Origin: Gammaproteobacteria bacterium
GTDB taxonomy: Bacteria; Pseudomonadota; Gammaproteobacteria; Steroidobacterales; GCA-2729495
Length of the DNA stretch: 64,000 nucleotides
NCBI GenBank assembly: GCA_032122615.1
Contig: JAQBGF010000009.1
Span: 2,015-66,014 of the forward strand
Reading direction: 5' to 3'
Positions 10,645 to 21,396 of this stretch are shown piece after piece; positions within the stretch are counted from its first letter, which is position 1; every line of letters starts with the position of its first letter. The notes below the pieces were generated by a model. That model made no database searches. It saw only the letters and a list, made by a program, of their open reading frames with translations, and was not told the origin of the DNA. The position numbers and the translations under genes were made by a program.

Positions 10645-11366
10645 CGGCCCTTTTTGTCTCGGATCTGCACCTCGACGCTTCAAGGCCCGCTGCGACTGAC
10701 TGCTTCCTGCGCTTCCTGGCGGGCCCGGCCCGCGATGCCGGCACCCTGTATATTCTCGGCGATCTCTTCGAGGCCTGGTCCGGGGACGACGCCGCCGACG
10801 TCCACGAGCAGGAAATCCTTCACGCGCTGCGGCGCTACACGACGGCCGGCTGCCGGCACTATTTCCTCAGGGGGAACCGTGATTTTCTTGTCGGCTCGCG
10901 CTTTGCAAAGGAAACAGGAGCGGCACTGCTCGACGACGAGACACTGATCGAGATCGACAAACATCGGATCCTGCTGATGCACGGAGACACGCTCTGCACG
11001 GATGACCATGCCTATCAGCGGTACCGTCGTCTCGTGCGCAGCCCGACGGCTCAGTCGCTTTACCTCGCCATGCCGATCCCGCTTCGATCCGGTATCGCAG
11101 CGTATGCCCGCCGCCGAAGCATGCGAGCCAACGCGGGAAAACCCGCTTCCATCATGGACGTGAACCCAACGGCGGTGGCCGACGCCCTCCGCCGGCACGC
11201 TGTGCAGCTGATGATTCACGGCCACACCCATCGCCCGGGAATCCATACTCTTGATCTCGATGGGCAGCCGGCGCGCCGCATCGTGCTCGGCGCCTGGTAC
11301 GAACAGGGCAGCGTGCTCCACTGGAACAATACCGGCCCGCAATTGCGCGCACTCACTTTCTCCTGA
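10641..11366 (+). CDS. lpxH: UDP-2,3-diacylglucosamine diphosphatase LpxH
   Basis: MTALFVSDLHLD...LYILGDLFEAW.GDD...GNRDFL...HGDTLCTDD...HGHTHRP are metallophosphoesterase motifs. It overlaps the upstream PPIase as ATGA, matching ppiB-lpxH in E. coli. Confidence 0.93.
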   Translation: MTALFVSDLHLDASRPAATDCFLRFLAGPARDAGTLYILGDLFEAWSGDDAADVHEQEILHALRRYTTAGCRHYFLRGNRDFLVGSRFAKETGAALLDDETLIEIDKHRILLMHGDTLCTDDHAYQRYRRLVRSPTAQSLYLAMPIPLRSGIAAYARRRSMRANAGKPASIMDVNPTAVADALRRHAVQLMIHGHTHRPGIHTLDLDGQPARRIVLGAWYEQGSVLHWNNTGPQLRALTFS

Positions 11367-11400
11367 CGCCCGCAAGCGCAGTACGGAGCCAGGATCCAGG

Positions 11401-12621
11401 TCAGGGCGCGGGGGGCTGCCAGGCCAGCAATTCCTCCACGGACTGGAAGCGCTGTGACGGCTGCTTGGCGAGCATCCGCTGAATCAGTGGCTGAAACTCC
11501 CGGAGTGCGGTCGGCAGCCGGGGCAATAACGCCTGCCGGTGTTTGATGATTACGGCCATAGCGGTATCGCCGTCATAGAGTTTTTCACCGGTCAGCATTT
11601 CGAAAAAAATCACGCCCAGGCTGTAGATATCGCCACGCAGGTCAACCGGTTTGCCATGCCCCTGTTCCGGACTCATGTAATACGGCGTACCAAAGATGGC
11701 CCCGGCACCCGTAACTTCGGCCTCCAGGGCCACCTGCTTTGCCAAACCAAAATCAATCAGGGCCAGGGAGCCATCATCGCGAAACAACACATTGGTCGGT
11801 TTGAGATCACGGTGCAGGATTTCGGCGGCGTGGAGCACGCCCAGCGCGCCAGCGACTTCTCTCATCAGGCGAAAGGCCTCATAGGGATTCATCCCGGTGG
11901 CGATACGCCTTTTCAGGCTGCCCCCACCGCAATACTCCATTGCAATGTAAGCGTGATCGTCCGCCACTCCAAAGTCGTAGATCCGCACTACATTCGGGTG
12001 ATTGATACGTGCAATCAGCTCGTATTCGCGCAGGAAACGATCGAGAATCTTGCCGCTGGCGGAGTCGGCAACCTGGTGCAAAACTTTCAGCACCAGCTGG
12101 CGCTCTGCATTGCGCTGGTGCGCCAGATACACCGTGGCTATTTCCCCACGCGCCAGTTGGCGAATAATCGTGTAGTTGCGGGGTATCGGCTCACCGCCGC
12201 CCGCCGTTAGGAGGTCAGCCATTCCGCCGCCGTTCAGTGCGCCGCTTGACGGCACCTTCATCGCTTCCTCGATGGCCTCGGCCAACCGTGCGTGACTAAG
12301 GCCGGGTTTGCCCACGTACTCATTTGCTCCCGCCTTCAAAGCGGCCACTATCTGGCGTTCGTCGCCATTGCCGATGACGACGATCGGCGGAAAGCGCGGC
12401 AATGCGCGGAACTGCCGGACCCAGTCGACGACATCACCCCTGCCACAAGGATGGCCCAGCAGGACGACATCGTTTCCCGCGCCGGAAAATGCCTCGGGCA
12501 GGCGCCCCGACAATTGGGGGTCGTACTCCCGGATTACCGCCTCGGGCCAGCGGACGGCAATGTGATGCGAAAGCAGCCGACGGTAGTCGGCGTGGTCATC
12601 GATGATGAGAATCTTGAGCAG
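11401..12621 (-). CDS. receiver-like (phospho-acceptor Asp missing) domain fused to a Hanks-type Ser/Thr protein kinase
   Basis: Kinase motifs are VLKVL, HRDLKPTNVLF, DFGLAK and GTPYYMSPEQ. The N-terminus is REC-like. The track starts it at TTG 12513, but the frame stays open and encodes LLKILIIDDHADYRRLL upstream, so I provisionally extend to CTG 12621. The start is uncertain. Confidence 0.75.
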   Translation of the reverse strand: MLKILIIDDHADYRRLLSHHIAVRWPEAVIREYDPQLSGRLPEAFSGAGNDVVLLGHPCGRGDVVDWVRQFRALPRFPPIVVIGNGDERQIVAALKAGANEYVGKPGLSHARLAEAIEEAMKVPSSGALNGGGMADLLTAGGGEPIPRNYTIIRQLARGEIATVYLAHQRNAERQLVLKVLHQVADSASGKILDRFLREYELIARINHPNVVRIYDFGVADDHAYIAMEYCGGGSLKRRIATGMNPYEAFRLMREVAGALGVLHAAEILHRDLKPTNVLFRDDGSLALIDFGLAKQVALEAEVTGAGAIFGTPYYMSPEQGHGKPVDLRGDIYSLGVIFFEMLTGEKLYDGDTAMAVIIKHRQALLPRLPTALREFQPLIQRMLAKQPSQRFQSVEELLAWQPPAP

Positions 12622-12626
12622 CGGCG

Positions 12627-14192
12627 CTAACCCGCGCGCAGACGGGGGCCCGGGGTCAATGGCGTGATGTCGTCACCGTCCGGGTCGCGAAGCTCAACGG
12701 GACCACGTCCGCGCTTCGCTTTGCCGACCCGATTCTTGGCCCGGTCCGAACGCTGCTCCTCAAGCCGGGCGAGGTACTCTGGACTGATGTCACCCGTCAC
12801 GTATTCACCCGAGAAGCACGAGGTGTCGAAGTTTGTGATGTCCCCGTTGTCGTAGCGCACCGCGCGGATCAGATCATCAAGATCCTGGTAGATCAGCCAG
12901 TCGGCTCCAATCAACTCCTGAACTGCAAGCTCTGTACGAGCATGGGCAACGAGTTCGCTCGCAGCCGGCATGTCGATGCCGTAGACGTTCGGGTATCGAA
13001 CTGGCGGGGAAGCCGAGGCAAAGTACACGCGACGTGCACCCGCCTCGCGCGCCATCTCGATGATCTGCTTCGACGTCGTCCCGCGAACTATTGAGTCATC
13101 CACGAGCAGCACGTTTTTGTCGCGAAACTCGAGCTCAATGGCATTGAGCTTGCGTCGCACGGACTGTCGGCGCTGATCCTGCCCTGGCATGATGAACGTA
13201 CGGCCGATATAGCGGTTCTTGATAAACCCCTCCCGGTACTTTACGCCGAGCCGATGGGCAACCTCGAGGGCGCTCGGGCGACTGGAATCCGGAATCGGGA
13301 TAATCACATCGATATCGTGATCAGGACGCTCGCGATGAATCTTGTCGGCGAGTCGCTCGCCCATGCGCAAACGCGACTTGTACACGGAAATTCGGTCAAT
13401 GATGGAATCAGGTCGGGCAAAGTAGACGTACTCGAAAATACACGGGGTGTAGCCACGCCGCGCTTCGCATTGCTGACTGTGCAGCGTTCCGTCGGTTTCG
13501 AAGATCACGGCCTCGCCGGGCAGGATGTCGCGCACCACCTCGAAATCCAGGACATCCATGGCCACGCTTTCGGACGCCACCATGTGCTCGACCCCTCCGG
13601 CTGTCTCCCGCCTGCCCATGCACAGGGGTCGAATACCGTGTGGATCCCGGAACGCGACAATACCGTAGCCGATAACCAGCGCGACCACGGCGTAACCGCC
13701 ACTGCACCGGCGGTGCACCGCGGCTACAGCAGCAAAGATGGCCTCAGGCGTCAGTCGTTCGTTGTCCTGCCGCTGAAGTTCGTGGGCAAATACATTCAGC
13801 AGCGCCTCGGTATCCGACCCGGTATTCAGGTGCCGTCGATCCTGCTGAACCAGCAAGGCCTTCAGTTCGTTCGAATTGGTGAGGTTGCCGTTATGGGCCA
13901 GGCCAATGCCATACGGTGAATTGACGTAGAAGGGCTGTGCCTCGGAGGAATTGAGCGTGCCTGCCGTTGGATAACGACAATGGCCGATACCAACATTACC
14001 CCGCAGTTCGTCCATGTGACGCTGCTGGAAGACGTCGCTGACCAGACCGTTCTTTTTCCGGGTGCACAACGTGCCATTCCAGTCGGTCATGATCCCGGCG
14101 GCGTCTTGCCCACGATGCTGCAGGACTGACAACGCGTCATAGATCGCTTGCTTGACGGGCCGATGGCCGACGATACCGACGATGCCACACAC
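12627..14192 (-). CDS. purF: amidophosphoribosyltransferase PurF
   Basis: Starting at GTG 14192..14190 gives [10 protein letters not shown], with the nucleophile Cys right after fMet as in E. coli, and it sits 1 nt after the cvpA stop. ATG 14210 ([12 protein letters not shown], with propeptide) is an alternative. A PRTase motif [13 protein letters not shown] is present. Confidence 0.93.
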   Translation of the reverse strand: MCGIVGIVGHRPVKQAIYDALSVLQHRGQDAAGIMTDWNGTLCTRKKNGLVSDVFQQRHMDELRGNVGIGHCRYPTAGTLNSSEAQPFYVNSPYGIGLAHNGNLTNSNELKALLVQQDRRHLNTGSDTEALLNVFAHELQRQDNERLTPEAIFAAVAAVHRRCSGGYAVVALVIGYGIVAFRDPHGIRPLCMGRRETAGGVEHMVASESVAMDVLDFEVVRDILPGEAVIFETDGTLHSQQCEARRGYTPCIFEYVYFARPDSIIDRISVYKSRLRMGERLADKIHRERPDHDIDVIIPIPDSSRPSALEVAHRLGVKYREGFIKNRYIGRTFIMPGQDQRRQSVRRKLNAIELEFRDKNVLLVDDSIVRGTTSKQIIEMAREAGARRVYFASASPPVRYPNVYGIDMPAASELVAHARTELAVQELIGADWLIYQDLDDLIRAVRYDNGDITNFDTSCFSGEYVTGDISPEYLARLEEQRSDRAKNRVGKAKRGRGPVELRDPDGDDITPLTPGPRLRAG

Positions 14193-14193
14193 G

Positions 14194-14688
14194 TTAGAGG
14201 CGGGCTCCATTTTGCTCAGCCAACTGCAATTGCGCCATGTCGCGCAGCTCAGCTGCCACTGCGGCCGCATACGGTATCAGCTTGGACTCCCGCCACCAAG
14301 GCTCTGCGGCGAACCCGCCGAGCTCCAGCGCAAGGACCAGAATGCCCGCCAGCACGACCCCCCGCGCCAGACCGAACAACATGCCGAGCGTCCGGTCCGT
14401 GCCGGTAATAACGCTGCGCCGCACGAAATAGCTCACGATCCAGGCCAGCACGCTTCCCGCGAACAGCACGCCGACAAACAGGGCAAGGCGTGCGGCCCAA
14501 AGCCGCCAGAGCGGGTCACGGAGCGTGTTGCTGAAAAGATCGGCCACCTGGGCGTCGAAGCGGGCGGCACACCACAGTGCCATCACCCAGATCGCGAGTG
14601 ACATCGCTTCACGGATCAGCCCACGCAGAATTCCGACCAGCGCGGATGCAAGCAGCATGGCCAACAAGAGGTAGTCGAAAGTACTCAC
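14194..14688 (-). CDS. cvpA: colicin V production / membrane integrity protein CvpA
   Basis: 164 aa polytopic membrane protein, [27 protein letters not shown]. It sits in dedD-cvpA-purF synteny. Confidence 0.9.
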   Translation of the reverse strand: MSTFDYLLLAMLLASALVGILRGLIREAMSLAIWVMALWCAARFDAQVADLFSNTLRDPLWRLWAARLALFVGVLFAGSVLAWIVSYFVRRSVITGTDRTLGMLFGLARGVVLAGILVLALELGGFAAEPWWRESKLIPYAAAVAAELRDMAQLQLAEQNGARL

Positions 14689-14730
14689 AGCAAAGCAGCA
14701 ACCGCGAATTTCACGCTGATACCCTAACGC

Positions 14731-15369
14731 CTACTGCCGGCCAACACGACCACCCTTGAAGCCCGCTGCCGTCAGTCGCCTGGCCAGCGCCTCGGCAGCC
14801 GGGCGGTCCGCCACGGGCCCGGCCCTTACGCGAAAGAAATTGCCACTGGTTCCGCCCCCACTCTGAATGAACACGCTGAAGCCCTTGCGCTTCAGATCTG
14901 CGGCCAGCCGATCGGCGTTGGCGCGCTGGGAAAAACTGCCAAGCTGCACGATCCAGTCGCCTCCGTTGACCCGGGTCGGCGCGGTCTCGGCCGGTGCCAC
15001 GGGTTCCCGGCTCAGGTCGCGGACCGGCTCACGAACAGTCTCCGGCACGACCGGTGGCGTTGTCGCAACTGGTTTCGGCGGGACTTTAGTCAATGCGGGT
15101 TCGGGTACGGCAAATTCCGGGGGTCCGGATTCTGGTGGTGCGGGTTCCGGGACAGGAGACGCCTGCAACCGCGTGGGCACCGGCGGCTCACGCTCCTCGC
15201 CATCCAGGCGGATCGTGTGTGTGCGCAGGTCCAGGGAGTCGTCGACTGCCGGGCGGGTGATTATCGCGTCGGAGTCCGGATTGCCATCCAGAATCGCCGG
15301 AACAACGAGCACCAGCACCGCGAGAAGACACGCGGCCCCAACCATTCGTTGTGCCAGTTGGCGGTCCAT
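14731..15369 (-). CDS. dedD: SPOR-domain cell-division protein (DedD-like)
   Basis: I start at ATG 15369 (MDRQLAQRMVGAACLLAVLVLVVPAIL, a TM anchor). A Pro-rich linker follows, then a C-terminal SPOR domain WIVQLGSFSQRANADRLAADLKRKGFSVF...FRVRAGP. It lies between folC and cvpA. Confidence 0.85.
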   Translation of the reverse strand: MDRQLAQRMVGAACLLAVLVLVVPAILDGNPDSDAIITRPAVDDSLDLRTHTIRLDGEEREPPVPTRLQASPVPEPAPPESGPPEFAVPEPALTKVPPKPVATTPPVVPETVREPVRDLSREPVAPAETAPTRVNGGDWIVQLGSFSQRANADRLAADLKRKGFSVFIQSGGGTSGNFFRVRAGPVADRPAAEALARRLTAAGFKGGRVGRQ

Positions 15370-15391
15370 CAAAGAAAATTCCGCGAAGGGT

Positions 15392-16678
15392 TCAGTATAA
15401 ACCAAGCCACTGGAGGGCGGGCGCAACGATCCGAAACGAGCCACAGACAATGATCCGGCCCCCGACCGGCGTAACCTGGCGGGCACGTTCAAAGGCCGCG
15501 GCCGGGGTCGGCTCCCAGGCGATGGGATCTACGCCCGCCGCCGCCAGCGCTTCGCGCATCCCACCCTCGGTACTCGCGCGCGGATCGTCAATTCCCGATA
15601 CGATCCATTGACCGGCCACGGGAGCAAGCTCAGCCACGAAGTTGGCAATGGCCTTGTCGGCGAGCAATGCGATGACAACGGTTGGCGCCGCAGTGCCGGT
15701 TGCAGGCCGGGGAAGCGCGGCCAGTTGCTCACGCAGGACAGTCGCCGCCTGCGGGTTGTGGGCAACGTCCAGAATCCAGTCGTGCTCCCGCCGTACCACC
15801 TGGAAACGGCCTGGCGGCGTTGATCGCATCAGCACGGGATTCAGGAATGACGCCGTCAGTGACTCTGAGGGCATAAGCCTCGCGAGCGCCGCCAGGGCCA
15901 GTGCGGCATTCCGGAACTGCGCTGCCGTCCAGAAATCCGGGACCCGCAGACCATCAATGCGCCGTGTTCCGTGAATGAAGGACCAGCTTCTGCCCTGTGC
16001 AGCCCGGCTGTCGCAAAAATCGGCGCCGTACACCTGCAGGTCGGCACCCACACGGTCGGCCTCCGCGCGGATCGCGTTCGGGAGGGGTGCATCGCCGTAA
16101 AACGCCGGTATTCCCGCCCGAAGTATTCCGGCCTTTTCAGCGGCAATCGCCTCGATCGTCGTCCCGAGCCATTCCTGATGATCCAGGTCAATAGTGGTGA
16201 TCAGCGCGACGTCCGCATCGAGCGCGTTCACGGCATCAAGGCGGCCGCCGAGGCCCACTTCCAGTAACCAGGTGTCGCAACCAGCCTCCGCAAAAATGAC
16301 GAGAGCGGCCAGTGTACCGAACTCAAAATAGGTGAGGCGGACCGACTGCCGGGCCGCCTCGACGCATTCAAAAGCACGAATCAGCGCAGCATCGGACACC
16401 GGTCGATCAGCGATCCGGATACGTTCGTTGTACATGACGAGATGCGGAGAGGTGTACAGGCCCGGATTCCTGCCAGCCGCACACAGGCAATCATGCACCA
16501 GGGTAATCGTGGAACCCTTGCCGTTGGTTCCACCCACGGTAAGCACACGGCCCACCGGTGGCTGCAGATCAAGCCGGCGGAGGACCTCGTGCACCCGGTC
16601 GAGTCCCAGATCGATGGGCCGGGGGTGCAAGGACTCCTGCCACCGCAGCCAACCGGCGACAGTTGAGGGACGGGTCAG
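15392..16678 (-). CDS. folC: bifunctional folylpolyglutamate synthase / dihydrofolate synthase FolC
   Basis: Contains [10 protein letters not shown]. The track ORF starts at TTG 16630, but the open frame upstream encodes [24 protein letters not shown], matching E. coli PLASWLSYLENLHSKTIDLGLERV. I extend to CTG 16678, which overlaps the accD stop. The start is uncertain. Confidence 0.85.
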   Translation of the reverse strand: MTRPSTVAGWLRWQESLHPRPIDLGLDRVHEVLRRLDLQPPVGRVLTVGGTNGKGSTITLVHDCLCAAGRNPGLYTSPHLVMYNERIRIADRPVSDAALIRAFECVEAARQSVRLTYFEFGTLAALVIFAEAGCDTWLLEVGLGGRLDAVNALDADVALITTIDLDHQEWLGTTIEAIAAEKAGILRAGIPAFYGDAPLPNAIRAEADRVGADLQVYGADFCDSRAAQGRSWSFIHGTRRIDGLRVPDFWTAAQFRNAALALAALARLMPSESLTASFLNPVLMRSTPPGRFQVVRREHDWILDVAHNPQAATVLREQLAALPRPATGTAAPTVVIALLADKAIANFVAELAPVAGQWIVSGIDDPRASTEGGMREALAAAGVDPIAWEPTPAAAFERARQVTPVGGRIIVCGSFRIVAPALQWLGLY

Positions 16679-17553
16679 GCCGGGTTCTCGGTCGGCGGCG
16701 GGGGTGCCTGCTTCAGGACTTTCGCCAGCAGGGCAGCAATTTCGTCGCGCATGTTCCGCCGATCTACCAACATGTCGAGCGCGCCGTGCTCCAGCAGGAA
16801 TTCGCTCCGCTGAAATCCCTCCGGAAGAGTCTCGCGTACGGTCTGCTGTATAACCCTCGGTCCGGCAAAGCCGATCAGTGCATTGGGCTCAGCAATGTTG
16901 ATATCCCCCAGCATCGCGAGGCTCGCGGAAACACCGCCGGTTGTGGGGTCTGTCAAAACGGAAATATAGGGCACGCGCGCTTCCGCCAACTCGGCCAGTG
17001 CCGCACTCGTCTTGGCCATTTGCAGTAGTGAGTAAAGCGCCTCCTGCATCCGGGCACCGCCACTGGCAGAAAAGCTGATCAAAGGCTGGCGATTGTCGCG
17101 ACTCCAGGCCGCTGCCCGCGCAAATTTCTCGCCAACCACGGAGCCCATTGATCCGCCCATGAATCGAAACTCGAACGCACAGGCCACAATCGGCTGCCCC
17201 TTCAGCATGCCGGTCATTGCCACGAGCGCGTCCCGCTCACCGGTTTCCTTCTGCGCCTGGGTAATACGCGTCCGGTAGGGCTTGGTGTCCTTGAACCGTA
17301 ACGGGTCTTGCGGGCTCAATTTCTCCGCGATTTCGCGGCCTGTTCCAGGATCGAGGAATACCATCAGGCGATCCCTGGCAACCAGACGCATGTGGAAACT
17401 GCACTTCGGACAGACATGCAGATTGCGCTCCAGTTCCGCCCGATACAGTTGGGCGCTGCACTGGGGACACTTGATCCAGAGCCCCTCCGGAACGGAACGT
17501 GTTCGCCGTTCCGTCTTGATGCGCGAGGGCAGGACCTTTTCGTACCACGTCAT
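16675..17553 (-). CDS. accD: acetyl-CoA carboxylase carboxyltransferase subunit beta
   Basis: MTWYEKV...[32 protein letters not shown] (zinc ribbon) followed by a carboxyltransferase domain. Confidence 0.96.
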   Translation of the reverse strand: MTWYEKVLPSRIKTERRTRSVPEGLWIKCPQCSAQLYRAELERNLHVCPKCSFHMRLVARDRLMVFLDPGTGREIAEKLSPQDPLRFKDTKPYRTRITQAQKETGERDALVAMTGMLKGQPIVACAFEFRFMGGSMGSVVGEKFARAAAWSRDNRQPLISFSASGGARMQEALYSLLQMAKTSAALAELAEARVPYISVLTDPTTGGVSASLAMLGDINIAEPNALIGFAGPRVIQQTVRETLPEGFQRSEFLLEHGALDMLVDRRNMRDEIAALLAKVLKQAPPPPTENPA

Positions 17554-17576
17554 GCCTGAATCATATCAAGTCCGGT

Positions 17577-18371
17577 TCAGCGATCCCGCCAGACTGGTTG
17601 CGGCCTGGCCGCAGGCAATGCCAATTCCGCCGGGTAGTGAACCTCTGCCAGATACAAGCCCTCCGGAGGTGCCGTGGCCGCCCCCAGACGACGATCCCGA
17701 CCCGCCAGGAGTTCGGCCAGCCACCTCGGGCCAGCGACGCCCGTTCCGACCCGGACGAGTGCACCGACGACGTTGCGCACCATGTGGTAGAGGAAACCAT
17801 TGGCGCGCGCCTCGATCTGCAGATAGTCGCCGGAACGGGTTACCGTGAGCCGCTCGACCCGGCGAATCGGACTTCGGGACTGGCAGCCGGCGCCGCGGAA
17901 GGCTGAAAAGTCGTGCTCGCCCAAGAGATCAGTCGCCGCCGACGCCATCCGATCGGCGGCCAGCTCACCCCGCAAGCACCACGCTCTGTGCCGATCAAGG
18001 GCCGAACGCACGTCCCGATCAAGGATGACGTACCGGTAGGTGCGCGCCACCGCGGAGTAACGAGCATGAAATTCGCCAGGAACCGTGCGAACCCACTGCA
18101 CGGCTATGTCATCCGGAAGATTGCTGTTGATCCCCAGAAGCCAGGACCGCACTGAGCGGCGGGCGGTGGAATCGAAGTGGATCACCTGTCCGCAGGCATG
18201 AACCCCGGTATCGGTGCGGCCGGCGGCTGCCGTGCTGACTGGCTCGTTGGCCACGTTGGCGATGGCGGCGTTGAGTATTTCCTGAACGCTGCGAGCGTTC
18301 CGCTGGATCTGCCAGCCGGAGAATGCGCTGCCGTCGTATTCAATCCCGGCCGCGAACCGGTGGGCGCTCAA
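17577..18371 (-). CDS. truA: tRNA pseudouridine(38-40) synthase TruA
   Basis: GIEYDGSAFSGWQIQ...AAGRTDTGVHACGQVIHFD carries the catalytic Asp motif. It follows fimV as in Pseudomonas. Confidence 0.95.
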   Translation of the reverse strand: MSAHRFAAGIEYDGSAFSGWQIQRNARSVQEILNAAIANVANEPVSTAAAGRTDTGVHACGQVIHFDSTARRSVRSWLLGINSNLPDDIAVQWVRTVPGEFHARYSAVARTYRYVILDRDVRSALDRHRAWCLRGELAADRMASAATDLLGEHDFSAFRGAGCQSRSPIRRVERLTVTRSGDYLQIEARANGFLYHMVRNVVGALVRVGTGVAGPRWLAELLAGRDRRLGAATAPPEGLYLAEVHYPAELALPAARPQPVWRDR

Positions 18372-18415
18372 CTACGTTGCCTCGCGCCAGGCACGTTGCC
18401 TTTCGCCGGAACCTG

Positions 18416-21280
18416 TCAGTCCGTCAGATCGTCGAGCAGGCGACGGGCTTCCTGCCGCTGGGAGGAATCGCCCTCCTCCAGCACCTCGTTCAGGATGCTG
18501 CGTGCGCCATCGGGATCGCCCATATCGACATAGGCCCGAGCCAGATCCAGCTTGGTGCCCACTTCGGTCATCGTGGGTCCCTCGGGGCCCCGCCGCTTTC
18601 CGGTCATTACGGAAGTCGGCTCCAGTTCCTCACTAGCGTCGTCACCGATTTCGAAGTCTACCTCGCTGAGTTCGCCGGAAACCTCGCCCAGACCCGCCCC
18701 CATTGCACCCGGTTGTTCGGCGGTGTCATCGAGGGACCGGTGCGCCGCGGTTTCGGCAGTGGTATCACGTGCCGCACCCTTGCTGGCAGCACTCCTCTCC
18801 ATCGCATTGCCGAAGGCGGGCAGGTCGACCGTGCCGTCGTCCTTAGCCATGCCTCGCATCTCGGCGGTTGATTCGCCGTCCTGGCCCTGCAGCAAGTCAG
18901 ATTCGTCGTCCTCCTCCGAACTGAGGTCGTATACGTCATCGCCGCCCGACGCGTCGCCATCATCCACGAGTGCGCCGTGCACGCCTGTGCCCAGATCATC
19001 CGCGGCTTCATCAAGCCCGGTGAGATCGAGGCCCAGATCTTCGAGGTTAATTTCTTCAGTCTGGTCCGCACCTGACGCCCGCAGAGGATCGACTACGCCG
19101 CCCGGCAAACCGGGGATAGCGCTCTCCAGTGTCGGCGTCTCCAGGGTCCTCTCGCCAGGGCCGCGAAATTCGACGGTCGGCGTTTCCATCGTCGGAAAAT
19201 CGTCGCCCGGCCGAGGGGCCTCGATCGTGGGAAACTCAGCCGTCGGGGCCATCGCTCCGGGTTTCGTCAGGCTGGTCGAGCTCAGGCCAGAGTCATCCGC
19301 TGTCGCTTCATCAGGCGCACCGGGGTCAAAGTCGAGCATATTGTCGGCTGGGTCCGGGACGGCACCCTCACCGCCGCTCTCGTCGAATGAGAAGTCGACT
19401 CCGCCCTTGTCGCCCTCAACCAGATCCAGATCAAGGCCGGAGTCACCAGTGCTGACCACCGCGCCCGCAAACAGGGCTTCCCCGGGGCAAATCTGCTTGC
19501 CGAGAATCACGACCTTGTTCCAGTCGGGGTCGGCGGCACCCTTGAGCTGTTGGTGGAAGACCTGCGCCTCCTTGAGGAACGCCGCCTTGTTCTCCCAAAC
19601 GAAATACACCTCGATAAGCTTGAGCCGCAGATCCCGTCGGTCCGGGCTATCGCCCAGGGCGCGCACGAGCAGTTCGGCCGCCTGGTCATAAAGACCATAA
19701 GCCAGGTGGAAGTTCGCTTCGGCAACCACGTCCGCCTGGTCAAGCTCCACGGCGCCATCGGTGCTGATGGTGCGTTCGAGCGCTGTTTCAGCATCGGGAT
19801 CCCGTTCAGCGACCCGACTGGCTACAGGGATGGATCGATTTCCATGGTCCTCATCGACGCTATACCCGTCGCGCGGGGTGACCGGTTGGGTGCTTCCGGC
19901 ACCGCTCCCCATGTCCCGGTTCATGTCGCGGTCGAAGCGACTGGAGGCCTCGTCGGCAGCGGCCATCCGCCGCCTGCCAAAGACCAAGAACAGGCCAGCC
20001 AACAGCACCGCTGCGGCCGACACCAGAAACCACACGTTGAAAATCAGGCCACTGAGCGTATCGAGAATACCGCCGCCCGTCTCCGGCCGCTCACGTACCG
20101 CCGGCTTGGCGGACTCTCGCTCGTCGTCGGCAGCCGGCGCATCCGCCGCGACCGGGGCGACGTCAGCTGGCGCCACGGCCGCGTCAACCGGGGCATCCAT
20201 CGGGACGTTCGCAGGGACCGTCGGCGCGCTCCCCTCGAGCTGGCTAATGCGGTCCTGCAGGGCCTTTAGCTGACTGTCCTGGAGGCTGACCAACCGTTCC
20301 TTTTCAGCCAGTTCCTTCTCCAGGGCCTCACGTCTGGCGGTCTCGGCGGCACTGGCCGCAGCCGGCCCCGAAGCGGTACCCGCTGCCTGCTCGGTGGGCG
20401 GCACCAGCTGCAGTCGCGCCGGCACTGGCGGCGTGCCGACGGCCCCTCGCCATTCCTGATGCTGCCGCTGCACCTCGGCGGTGGCCTCGCGGCTGCTAAT
20501 GCTGGTCAGTTCACTCCCGCGGGGCACCCGCAAGATGGCGCCACGCCGCAGCCGGTTGATATTGCCGGAAAACGCCTCCGGGTTGGCCCGGTAGAGCGCC
20601 ACCATCATCTGGTTCAGGGACGCATTGCTGTCGGCGCTCAAGCGCTCGGAGATCCTCCAGAGCGTCTCGTTGGCACGAACGGGTCCGTAACTGTCGCCAT
20701 CCGGACCAGAAGTGACGCTGCCCGTGGCCGTAGCAGCACCCGCCCCGGAACTGCGGATGGCGGGGGCAGGTTCGGCGGCCGGAGGCCGGCGAATAGCCGG
20801 CGGTGACGCGGACGGACCGGCTGCCGCCGGCGGCGCGGCGACCGGTTGCGAACTCTGCTGGCCGGCGCCGCCAGGACGGGCAAAGGTCGGGGGATCGAGC
20901 AGGACTGTGTATTCCCGCAGCAGCCGGCCCTGGGGCCAGGCAACCTCCAGGAGAACGGAGACGAAGGGCTCACTGACGGGCTGTGTTGAGGTTATACGAA
21001 CGATGGTTCGCGAGCCGTCCCGCTGAACCTGGAACTTGAGATCTTCGAGGAAGCGGGGCCGGTCGAGGCCGTAGCGCTCAAACGTAGCCGCCGGCGCCAG
21101 CTGCACACTCAGCTGACCGAGATCCTCCGCAGATTCTGATGTCACCGGAATCTCGGCGACGAAGGGTTGATTGAGCGCGGACCGAAGCGATATTTCGCCG
21201 AGGCCCAGGGCGCTCACGGTTAACGGAAGTAGTACCGCCAGCAGCGGGACTGCAGCGAGTCGGACTCGTGGCATCACCAA
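18416..21280 (-). CDS. fimV: FimV/HubP-family polar landmark protein
   Basis: 954 aa. Domain order: signal peptide, FimV N-domain (ALGLGEISLRSALNQPFVAEIPV...REYTVLLDPP), LysM-like segment (YGPVRANETLWRISERL), one TM, a long acidic region, and the C-terminal FimV motif TKLDLARAYVDMGDPDGARSILNEVLEEG. Order is asd-fimV-truA. Confidence 0.88.
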   Translation of the reverse strand: MVMPRVRLAAVPLLAVLLPLTVSALGLGEISLRSALNQPFVAEIPVTSESAEDLGQLSVQLAPAATFERYGLDRPRFLEDLKFQVQRDGSRTIVRITSTQPVSEPFVSVLLEVAWPQGRLLREYTVLLDPPTFARPGGAGQQSSQPVAAPPAAAGPSASPPAIRRPPAAEPAPAIRSSGAGAATATGSVTSGPDGDSYGPVRANETLWRISERLSADSNASLNQMMVALYRANPEAFSGNINRLRRGAILRVPRGSELTSISSREATAEVQRQHQEWRGAVGTPPVPARLQLVPPTEQAAGTASGPAAASAAETARREALEKELAEKERLVSLQDSQLKALQDRISQLEGSAPTVPANVPMDAPVDAAVAPADVAPVAADAPAADDERESAKPAVRERPETGGGILDTLSGLIFNVWFLVSAAAVLLAGLFLVFGRRRMAAADEASSRFDRDMNRDMGSGAGSTQPVTPRDGYSVDEDHGNRSIPVASRVAERDPDAETALERTISTDGAVELDQADVVAEANFHLAYGLYDQAAELLVRALGDSPDRRDLRLKLIEVYFVWENKAAFLKEAQVFHQQLKGAADPDWNKVVILGKQICPGEALFAGAVVSTGDSGLDLDLVEGDKGGVDFSFDESGGEGAVPDPADNMLDFDPGAPDEATADDSGLSSTSLTKPGAMAPTAEFPTIEAPRPGDDFPTMETPTVEFRGPGERTLETPTLESAIPGLPGGVVDPLRASGADQTEEINLEDLGLDLTGLDEAADDLGTGVHGALVDDGDASGGDDVYDLSSEEDDESDLLQGQDGESTAEMRGMAKDDGTVDLPAFGNAMERSAASKGAARDTTAETAAHRSLDDTAEQPGAMGAGLGEVSGELSEVDFEIGDDASEELEPTSVMTGKRRGPEGPTMTEVGTKLDLARAYVDMGDPDGARSILNEVLEEGDSSQRQEARRLLDDLTD

Positions 21281-21396
21281 TCCCCGATTGAACCGTCGGC
21301 ACCACCCCTCATCGGGGAGCCCAAAAAACCGGCGGCTAGAAGTGGGGCCAACTATAGCCCATATGTTCCCGCTGTGTAAGGCAGAGCATGCTTAAT

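Noticed and set aside
18552-19691. 379-aa Ser/Pro-rich + strand ORF
   Set aside because: It is the antisense of the acidic (Asp/Glu-rich) region of fimV. Its low-complexity mirror composition marks it as an artefact.
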